Part shown: positions 8,556 to 15,784 of the stretch, piece after piece
How positions within the stretch are numbered: the first letter of the stretch is position 1
Layout: every line of letters begins with the position of its first letter
Assembly: GCF_000195955.2 (NCBI RefSeq)
Contig: NC_000962.3
Coordinates: 2,820,001 to 2,852,000, forward strand
Length of the DNA stretch: 32,000 bases
From: Mycobacterium tuberculosis H37Rv
Lineage (GTDB): Bacteria > Actinomycetota > Actinomycetes > Mycobacteriales > Mycobacteriaceae
Reading direction: 5' to 3'
The notes under the pieces: generated by a model
Database searches by the model: none
What the model was told of the DNA's origin: nothing
Seen by the model: only the letters and a program-made list of their open reading frames with translations
Position numbers and translations under genes: made by a program

Positions 8556-9803
8556 CTAGGTGGTCAGTGCTGGGGTGTTGGTGGTTTGCTGCTTGGCGGG
8601 TTCTTCGGTGCTGGTCAGTGCTGCTCGGGCTCGGGTGAGGACCTCGAGGCCCAGGTAGCGCCGTCCTTCGATCCATTCGTCGTGTTGTTCGGCGAGGACG
8701 GCTCCGACGAGGCGGATGATCGAGGCGCGGTCGGGGAAGATGCCCACGACGTCGGTTCGGCGTCGTACCTCTCGGTTGAGGCGTTCCTGGGGGTTGTTGG
8801 ACCAGATTTGGCGCCAGATCTGCTTGGGGAAGGCGGTGAACGCCAGCAGGTCGGTGCGGGCGGTGTCGAGGTGCTCGGCCACCGCGGGGAGTTTGTCGGT
8901 CAGAGCGTCGAGTACCCGATCATATTGGGCAACAACTGATTCGGCGTCGGGCTGGTCGTAGATGGAGTGCAGCAGGGTGCGCACCCACGGCCAGGAGGGC
9001 TTCGGGGTGGCTGCCATCAGATTGGCTGCGTAGTGGGTTCTGCAGCGCTGCCAGGCCGCTGCGGGCAGGGTGGCGCCGATCGCGGCCACCAGGCCGGCGT
9101 GGGCGTCGCTGGTGACCAGCGCGACCCCGGACAGGCCGCGGGCGACCAGGTCGCGGAAGAACGCCAGCCAGCCGGCCCCGTCCTCGGCGGAGGTGACCTG
9201 GATGCCCAGGATCTCTCGGTAGCCCTCGGCGTTGACGCCGGTGGCGATCAAGGTGTGCACTCCGACGACGCGGCCTGCCTCGCGCACCTTGAGCACCAGG
9301 GCGTCGGCGGCGAGGAAGGTATACGGGCCGGCATCGAGCGGGCGGGTCCGAAACGCCTCTACGGCTTCGTCGAGCTCTTTGGCCATGATCGACACTTGCG
9401 ACTTGGAAAGCTTTGTCACACCAAGTGTTTCGACCAGGCGCTCCATCCGGCGAGTGGATACTCCCAGCAGGTAGCAGGTCGCCACCACGCTGGTCAGTGC
9501 GCGTTCAGCTCGCTTGCGGCGCTGCAGCAGCCAGTCCGGGAAATAGCTGCCCTGGCGCAGCTTGGGGATCGCGACGTCGATGGTTGCGGCACGGGTGTCG
9601 AAATCACGGTGGCGGTAGCCGTTGCGCTGATTGGACCGCTCATCGCTGCGTTCGCGGTAGCCCGCCCCGCACAGGGCGTCGGCTTCAGCCCCCATCAAGG
9701 CGGCGATGAACGTCGAGAGCAGCCCGCGCAGCAGATCCGGGCTCGCCTGTGCGAGTTGGTCAGCCAGAAGCTGCTCGGTGTCGATAAGATGAGAAGAGGT
9801 CAT
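8556..9803 (-). CDS. IS1081 transposase (IS256/mutator family)
   Basis: ORF 8556-9866. Start taken at ATG 9803 (MTSSHLIDTEQLLADQLAQASPDLLRGLL, 415 aa). The sequence is a typical IS256-family transposase and is bounded by the IRs. Confidence 0.95.
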   Translation of the reverse strand: MTSSHLIDTEQLLADQLAQASPDLLRGLLSTFIAALMGAEADALCGAGYRERSDERSNQRNGYRHRDFDTRAATIDVAIPKLRQGSYFPDWLLQRRKRAERALTSVVATCYLLGVSTRRMERLVETLGVTKLSKSQVSIMAKELDEAVEAFRTRPLDAGPYTFLAADALVLKVREAGRVVGVHTLIATGVNAEGYREILGIQVTSAEDGAGWLAFFRDLVARGLSGVALVTSDAHAGLVAAIGATLPAAAWQRCRTHYAANLMAATPKPSWPWVRTLLHSIYDQPDAESVVAQYDRVLDALTDKLPAVAEHLDTARTDLLAFTAFPKQIWRQIWSNNPQERLNREVRRRTDVVGIFPDRASIIRLVGAVLAEQHDEWIEGRRYLGLEVLTRARAALTSTEEPAKQQTTNTPALTT

Positions 9804-9840
9804 TGCGTCATTTCCTTCGATTGACTTTTGCTGGTCGTTT

Positions 9841-9855
9841 CGAAGGATCACGCGA
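9841..9855. repeat. IS1081 terminal inverted repeat (right in window coordinates)
   Basis: Exact reverse complement of 8532-8546. Confidence 0.9.
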
Positions 9856-10160
9856 TGACCGCCCACTACTGGGCTACGACACGCCCACCGGCCTTACCTG
9901 CCCGTACACCACACCCCTGGACGTAACTCCGCGCCGATGACTACAAGGCAAAGATGCTGGCTGCGTTTAGGTCTCACGATGCCGTGTTAAGAGAGTTCGA
10001 AAAGCTCGGCCGCTATCATCAGTCAACCGGGCACGGCTGCCTCTGCGGCAAACGAAACTGTGCAACGCTGTCCATCATCGATAGCAACCAGATATATGGC
10101 CACATTGACCGAATGAATCGCCGCGACGAGCTTGGCTAAGCCACAACAGAGAGAAACAAG

Positions 10161-10583
10161 GTGGACGACATCGCAGCATTCAAGCTCGACAGCCTGCCGG
10201 ACATAACCTTCACGGTCACGCGGGCCATAAGTTCGGGTGGGGAAAATCCGGCGGGGTTTCTCAATTTCGCGGCGCGCCGAGAGCAACCGGAGATCCTGGG
10301 TGGTGGAGGCCGTCCTGGACCGGTGGGCCCGGAAGCGGTCGATACTCCACGTATTCGCGGCGGGAAGGTGCCGTTCGTCTTCCGGACGCTACCGGGTTAC
10401 ACCTTCTACGCCAGCCAAATCGAGCCGAGAGTGGGCGACCCGGAAGGGCCCACACTCCTGGCTGGATTCGGCAATATCCCTGAGACTTCGCAGCGGTCGC
10501 CGGGATGGATCCGCATCACCTGCACGGGGCCAGACGACGATGAGGAGCTGGAATTCTTTGGATTCGCCGGGCCAGAGTCCTAA
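10161..10583 (+). CDS. Hypothetical protein, 140 aa, no recognisable domain (Rv2513-like)
   Basis: GTG-initiated ORF from the track. It has an acidic C-terminus and a Gly/Pro-rich middle. I see no motif I recognise. It lies in a compositionally atypical region. Confidence 0.55.
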   Translation: MDDIAAFKLDSLPDITFTVTRAISSGGENPAGFLNFAARREQPEILGGGGRPGPVGPEAVDTPRIRGGKVPFVFRTLPGYTFYASQIEPRVGDPEGPTLLAGFGNIPETSQRSPGWIRITCTGPDDDEELEFFGFAGPES

Positions 10584-10876
10584 CCAGGCGATGAACGAAG
10601 GATCGGCGACGGCTACGAACCTGGATAGGCAAGAATGGCGCACCGAAGCGTCACTCGACGTCGGCCGGCCGGAGAACGCACCACGAAACGAAACACTTGT
10701 GAGGACCAAGATTCTCCGATCTTCGGGTAGCACCCGAGAGCATGTCGTTAGGCCTGTCGGCATGGGCGCCGGCAAGGTCCTCCAGCCGGGTGATGGGCGT
10801 CGCAGAGTACAGACGTGGCTGCTGTCCGCAGGCTGAAGCGGATGAAGTGACAGCCCAGCGGCGCGGCCAGAAGCTC

Positions 10877-11338
10877 TCAGAAAGTCCATCCCTGCGCCTC
10901 GATATAGCCCATCAGAGTTAGCCACGGCACGCCAAGAGCGTCGCAGACATCGGGGATGCGCGGCTTTTCGATATTGCCGCTCGCAGTCTCCTGGGTAACC
11001 ACCGTGGCGTTGTTCACCATCGCGAGCGCGATGACGAACGGGTCGGCGGCGCTTCGCCTGCCACCCTGCCGGACCATGTTCGGGTGCAACCGCAAGATGT
11101 GCCGCGCCGCCTGCTGGATCTGTTCATCCAGAGGACAGAACAAGCCAGTTTGCCCGTCCGCCCACCGCTTCGCGTCATCATCACGCCTGGCGAGTTCGCG
11201 CTGAACCTCATCGACCGACCTGATCTGACCGGCGCTGATCGCATCCTCAACCCGGCCCCACAGACTGCGAAACACCGCTGGCCGAAACAGATCACGCCGT
11301 CCGTTCAGGATGGCGCTGGTATCGAAGGAATAGAGCAC
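10877..11338 (-). CDS. PIN-like nuclease of the DUF4411 type (Rv2514c-like), putative toxin or effector
   Basis: 153 aa. Acidic PIN-like signature positions are present: N-terminal YSFDTSAIL (D6), ADPFVIALA, VVTQE, and KPRIPDVCDALGVPW near the C-terminus. This pattern matches what I recall for DUF4411. The start lies 5 bp after the stop of the upstream HTH-peptidase gene. Confidence 0.8.
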   Translation of the reverse strand: MLYSFDTSAILNGRRDLFRPAVFRSLWGRVEDAISAGQIRSVDEVQRELARRDDDAKRWADGQTGLFCPLDEQIQQAARHILRLHPNMVRQGGRRSAADPFVIALAMVNNATVVTQETASGNIEKPRIPDVCDALGVPWLTLMGYIEAQGWTF

Positions 11339-11343
11339 AGCGG

Positions 11344-12591
11344 TTAGACCACGCTCCGCAGTTCGGCTGACTCAGCCAACTTCGGAATCTGGCTGACCTT
11401 GGCGTCGAGGTAGATCGCAGCGGTGTTGCTGTCGATGACGCGGCGGCGGTGGGCGTCGGTCACCGCCCGCACGTAGCCCTTACCGAGGTCTCGGACGGTA
11501 TTGCGGTACCAGTTGCCGCCCCCAGCCGATCGAGCCCGTTCGGCCTCGTCCTCGTGAGCCGCGATGAACTCGGCGCGGCGCTGTCGGTAGACCTCGACCG
11601 GCACGATTCCAAGCGTGCTTAGCCGCCGCAGGAACGCCTCGGCACTCACGCCAAAATGCGCCGCGACCGGCCGCAGCGATTCGTAATCCCACGAAGACGG
11701 AGTCTCGCTGCGAACGATGACCTCCGGCCGCGCTCGCACCACGTCGGCAGGCATCAGCACAGCGGCGGCGATCGCGTTGCATCGAGCCTCCAGCGATCGG
11801 TCCTGGGTGCTCGGATGAGCATCGGCGATCACGTCACACAAGCCCTCGGTGTGCAGCACCACGTGCACGAACTCATGCAGCAGCGAGAACAGGCGAGGGC
11901 GGGGGTGGTCGCTGCCATTGAGCACGATCACCGGCAATTCGTCGAAATACAGACACATACCGCGCATCTCGTCGATAGCGACCTTGCCGCCGCGGGTCGC
12001 GAGCACCAGAACGCCGGACGTTTCGATGGCCGACACCCAGGCGTTCAGATGCTCGTAAGGGTCAACCGAGGCCACGGGGATAGGCAACGGGCTGACCTCG
12101 ATCAAGGCCTTGCGGATTCGTGCCGCGATATCCGCGTCGGCCTCGTCGCCGGATAGGGGCAAACGCCAGGCGCCCGGTATCTCCCGGTCCTCGGCGTCGG
12201 CCAGCTCTAGCGCGAAGTCGCGTTGCGTGTGTGCGCGACGGAACTCCTCGTGAAGCCCCGGCGTCCATTGACCCGACGCGGCACCGTCCAATCGTCGGAA
12301 GTCGCGTAAGGTGTCAAACCCCTCGGGCGGCTCGGACAGGAAGAACACCGCCAGCGAGCGCTTGTAGACCTCGGCGGCCTTGCGCAGCTGCGCGATGGTT
12401 GGCACAACCTCGCCCACCTCCCAAGCCGCGACGCGATCATCAGGCAGGCCGAGTTTGCGGGCCGCGGCTACCTCGGTCAGGCCACACGACTCGCGAGCCC
12501 AACGGAGCACCGAGCTCTCCACCGAAGCGGGAATCGACCGCATGGCAATGATGATGCACCACCCCACCCACATTGGATGGCCGATACCCAC
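11344..12591 (-). CDS. Fusion of an Xre-family HTH with an ImmA/IrrE (M78, COG2856) zinc metallopeptidase (Rv2515c-like), putative antitoxin or sensor
   Basis: HTH region: SVLRWARESCGLTEVAAARKLGLPDDRVAAWEVGEVVPTIAQLRKAAEVYKRSLAVFF. The zinc-binding HEFVH motif is encoded at 11863-11877 (LLHEFVHVVLH). The longest ORF starts at GTG 12591 (415 aa). ATG 12543 (MRSIPAS..., 399 aa) is an equally plausible start. Confidence 0.85.
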   Translation of the reverse strand: MGIGHPMWVGWCIIIAMRSIPASVESSVLRWARESCGLTEVAAARKLGLPDDRVAAWEVGEVVPTIAQLRKAAEVYKRSLAVFFLSEPPEGFDTLRDFRRLDGAASGQWTPGLHEEFRRAHTQRDFALELADAEDREIPGAWRLPLSGDEADADIAARIRKALIEVSPLPIPVASVDPYEHLNAWVSAIETSGVLVLATRGGKVAIDEMRGMCLYFDELPVIVLNGSDHPRPRLFSLLHEFVHVVLHTEGLCDVIADAHPSTQDRSLEARCNAIAAAVLMPADVVRARPEVIVRSETPSSWDYESLRPVAAHFGVSAEAFLRRLSTLGIVPVEVYRQRRAEFIAAHEDEAERARSAGGGNWYRNTVRDLGKGYVRAVTDAHRRRVIDSNTAAIYLDAKVSQIPKLAESAELRSVV

Positions 12592-12709
12592 GCTTGGTTC
12601 CCGACCAGCCGATTAACCGCTCCCCCGCAACCTGGCGAGACGGTACTCGCCGCGTTCGGCGTCTGGGACGGTGTGCCGTGAGACCGGCTGCGGTGTAACG
12701 CCTTACGAA

Positions 12710-13513
12710 CTAGTGAGCAGGGTGCAACGGGACGGCCGCCCACTCGTCCTGTCCAGCCCAACGGACGTATAGCTGATTTGGAAGGGGATGGCCCCAAGCC
12801 GCTATCAAGACCATGTTGAGCCCCTCTCCGGGGCGAATCACCGTCTTCTTCGGGACATTTCGAGTGATCGCATCGATTCGCGAGAGGTCAATCTCGACAT
12901 CTTCTGCGATATCGTCGCCGATGTTGCGCAACACAAAGCGGATTTTGTCTGGGTTCTCGACACGCCACCGGACGTTAGGTGCCTTACCGGACCTGCCGAC
13001 CGCCGGTCCCACCGCCCACGAGTACGCGAACTTGGCAGTCCCGGTATGCGGCCGACCGGGCTTTCGCTCCCAGGTCTCCGCAAACCTGCGCACCGCTGCC
13101 GCATCCCACACCGCGCCTCCACGCAAATCTGCCAACGGAGCGGGAAACCCTGCTGTCGACCTCAATTGGTGCACCCTCTGACGCGAAACCCCCAACTCAT
13201 CCGCGATCTCAGCCGCAGACATCAACTCGGGCGTTGTGAACGCCTCAGCGCGCAGACGATGCTCTGGCTCGCTAATGATCTGCACAGCAATGGGACTCTT
13301 GGCTTGAACTACCGGCATAACCTCGCCAGCCATCTTGGCGAGCGCGTCGAACACACTCCAATCGCCGGGCGCATAGACCGTGACGTCAATGCCGTGTCCT
13401 GGGACCCGAGATACCAGTGCGTCGAAGCCCTCGAGCTGCGTCTCCCAGGCGTCCATGGTCTCCATCGAAGGGTCAGCATCAAACGTGAAGGTGACGACCC
13501 AGTCGGCTGTCAC
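12710..13513 (-). CDS. Three-domain hypothetical protein with a central excisionase/MerR-like HTH (Rv2516c-like)
   Basis: The GTG at 13513 overlaps the upstream stop as GTGA, giving 267 aa. The N-terminus is an alpha/beta domain of about 95 aa. The central HTH is MSAAEIADELGVSRQRVHQLRSTAGFPAPLADLRGGAVWDAAAVRRFAE. The C-terminus is a beta-rich domain of about 110 aa (VRWRVENPDKIRFVLRNIGDDIAEDVEIDL...). The track's longest ORF begins at 13570. Confidence 0.75.
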   Translation of the reverse strand: MTADWVVTFTFDADPSMETMDAWETQLEGFDALVSRVPGHGIDVTVYAPGDWSVFDALAKMAGEVMPVVQAKSPIAVQIISEPEHRLRAEAFTTPELMSAAEIADELGVSRQRVHQLRSTAGFPAPLADLRGGAVWDAAAVRRFAETWERKPGRPHTGTAKFAYSWAVGPAVGRSGKAPNVRWRVENPDKIRFVLRNIGDDIAEDVEIDLSRIDAITRNVPKKTVIRPGEGLNMVLIAAWGHPLPNQLYVRWAGQDEWAAVPLHPAH

Positions 13514-13761
13514 TGTGCGCCTTCCTTCCTGTGCTGTGCCCGCCGTTCCTTCTTGCTCGGCGGTGGCCACGTCAGGCCCGCTTTCTTCAACGCGCCCAAT
13601 AGGTCTCGCATCCGGCGGTACTCGTTGCTAGGTGTTGCCGGAAACCGAGCAATATAGACGCCCTGGGGGTTGTAGAAGCGGGTGTAGCCGCTGGCGTCAT
13701 CCTCAACCGTCCATTGTTGCGATTGCGCCCACTTCGCGATCTTGATGATTGCGCTGTTCAC
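13510..13761 (-). CDS. Small basic-tailed protein with HicA/YcfA-like topology (Rv2517c-like)
   Basis: GTG 13761 is preceded by GGGGAGA, giving 83 aa. The track ORF starts at TTG 13803. IAKWAQSQQWTVEDDASGYTRFYNPQGVYIARFPATPSNEYRRMRDLLGALKKAGL aligns by eye with the HicA consensus (helix, GSH strand, hpdG turn, vP strand, lrsILkqAGL helix). The Tyr in SGY replaces the catalytic His. Confidence 0.6.
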   Translation of the reverse strand: MNSAIIKIAKWAQSQQWTVEDDASGYTRFYNPQGVYIARFPATPSNEYRRMRDLLGALKKAGLTWPPPSKKERRAQHRKEGAQ

Positions 13762-14108
13762 ATCGTCTCCCCAACACTTGCGATGTGTCAAGAGTAATGG
13801 CAAGACGCGACATCGTAAAGGTTTTAGCCGGACTCATTCGAATATTTGAGCGATGTAGCCAGTGAGTGGGTGCTCCGATGATCACGGCTTCGCGCGAGCT
13901 CGCCCCGGCTGGCCTCATGATCGCCGACCGGCTGGGCTTCACCCGGTCTCAGTGGTTCTCCCAGTCGCGAAGGAACACCCGAGTGTCGTCATGGTCCGCG
14001 CGGTTGGGCACTGCGGCCATCGGATGTCATCGTCGTACAACGAACCATGCGGTCGTTGCAGGGCGTGTATCAGGCGCTGTTGGTTGTCTGGCGTTCCTCG
14101 CGGCGCGC

Positions 14109-15335
14109 TTACGCCTTGGCGTTACCGGCGCGCCACTGGTCCCACGGAATGTTCCAATCGCCGAGCCCGTCGATCCCCGGCAGGGTGCCACCCACGGTAT
14201 TGACCACCTCGACGATGTCGCCGCGCTTGACATGGTCGTAGAACCACTGCGCGTTGCTCGGGCTGACGTTCAGGCAGCCATGGCTGGTGTTGGTGTGGCC
14301 CTGAGCCCCCACCGACCACGGCGCTGAGTGCACGAAGACACCGCTGTAGGAGATCTGGGTGGCCCAGTCGACATCGGTGCGATATCCGTTGGGCGAGTTG
14401 ACGGGTACGCCGTAGGTGGACGAGTCCATGATGATGTGCTTGTACCGCGAGCCGACGATGTATATGCCGTTGGCCGTCGGGGTGCTGTCCTTGCCCATCG
14501 ACGTCGGCATGGACTTTACGACCTCGCCATTCACCCGCACGGTCAGTATCTTGGTGTTGTCGTCGGCGGTCGCGATCACCTCGTCGCCGATGGTGAAGTG
14601 CGTCTGCACGTTGTCCTCGCCGAACATTCCCTCGCCCAAGTCGACGCCGTAGGTGTTGACCGCCACATCAACGGCCGTACCTGGCTTCCAGAAATGCTCT
14701 GGGCGCCAACGCACTTCACGGTTATTCAGCCAGTAGAACGCGCCCTCCACGGGCGGGTTGGTGGTGATCTTGATGGCCTTCTCGGCCGCGCCCCGGTCAG
14801 CGATGTTCTCGTCGAATCGGATCGCCACCGGCTCGCCGACACCCACGACCTCCCCATCACCGGGCATGACGTAGGGCATGGTCAGGTGCGCGGGGGAACT
14901 GGTCTGGAAGGTCAGCTGGCGGGTCGCCGCGCCACCCAGTCCAAGCGCCGTCGCGTTCAGCGTGTAGCGCCTGTTGTAGCCGAGCTGCTCAGTGGTCGAC
15001 CAGCGCAGTCCGTCGGGGCTGAGTCGACCGGCCACCGGCCTGCCGTTGTCGTTGACCATGGTGACGGCCGCCAGCACACCGTCGGCGGCGGTCACCGACA
15101 CCGGTGCATCCACGGTGACGCCGACGGCGCCGTCGGTGACCGACGCGGTGAGCTTGGGCACCAGCAGATCGGCGAACGGCGTGCCCTTGTCCGCGATGAC
15201 CTTGATCGGTGCGGGTCCGCGGCCGCTGCCGCATGCGACGGCACCGATCATCACGGCGGTCATCATCAGCGCGGTTAACCAGGCTCTCCGAACCCTGGTC
15301 CTACCCGCCTGAGCTGCAATCCCCACCTTTGGCAT
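14109..15335 (-). CDS. ldtB: L,D-transpeptidase lipoprotein LdtB (LdtMt2 / LppS)
   Basis: Lipobox (MIGAVAC) after a signal peptide, two Ig-like regions, and a YkuD catalytic domain with HSAPWS...TSHGCLN. Start taken at ATG 15335 (408 aa). The track ORF starts at 15356. Confidence 0.95.
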
Positions 15336-15493
15336 GCCTTCCCTCACCTCCCCCACTGCGTCGTGACCGAGCTAGACTCGGCTGTAGTCTAGGTCCTGAC
15401 TGGCCGCCACGCTGCGATGCTGATACCAAGTTCAGTGTGAGATTTCACGCGAGAGCGCAAGGCCTGTTAATGTGCCTTGGCTAGGTAATCGAG

Positions 15494-15566
<73 letters not shown>

Positions 15567-15784
15567 CAGGTCAACGCGTTATTTCGGATGCACCAGCCGC
15601 AGCTGTCCCGTTGGGCGACGATTTCCGTATTCGGAAGGTGCACGCCGGTTACCGGATTTGGGCAGCGGATCGGATCGGAGCCACGGGGATAGCTCGACGA
15701 GACAGCCGGGGAAGCCGCAGAAAATTGGGTTGTAGGCGCGTGCAATAGCTACGCTGCATGTGGACAGCGGGGAAGAGGTTAGTT

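Larger units (their letters stand above)
8532..9855 (-). mobile_element. IS1081 (IS256 family), complete 1324 bp copy
   Basis: Perfect 15 bp terminal inverted repeats TCGCGTGATCCTTCG (8532-8546) and CGAAGGATCACGCGA (9841-9855) bracket the transposase gene. The 1324 bp span equals the known IS1081 length. Confidence 0.95.

Noticed and set aside
8532-8939. Continuation of the 8259 ORF into IS1081 (the track lists 8259-8939 as one 226-aa ORF).
   Set aside because: The portion inside the IS is antisense to the transposase gene and begins at the inverted repeat. Only the part outside the IS is considered as a possible gene.
10237-10925. Overlapping ORFs 10237-10836 (+, 199 aa) and 10389-10925 (-, 178 aa) in the convergent gap between the 140-aa ORF and the PIN-like gene.
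   Set aside because: They are alternate frames of called genes, with Arg/Ser/Pro-rich low-complexity products. I found no motif or start-site support. The 293 bp gap (10584-10876) may still hold a gene remnant, but I cannot support one.
7930-15493. Search for a direct repeat of the tRNA-His 3' end (att site) that would bound the proposed island, and for an integrase gene.
   Set aside because: Scanning by eye, I found only a 7-nt GTGAGTG match at 13862-13868, which is not significant, and no integrase-like ORF. The island proposal therefore rests on content and composition only.
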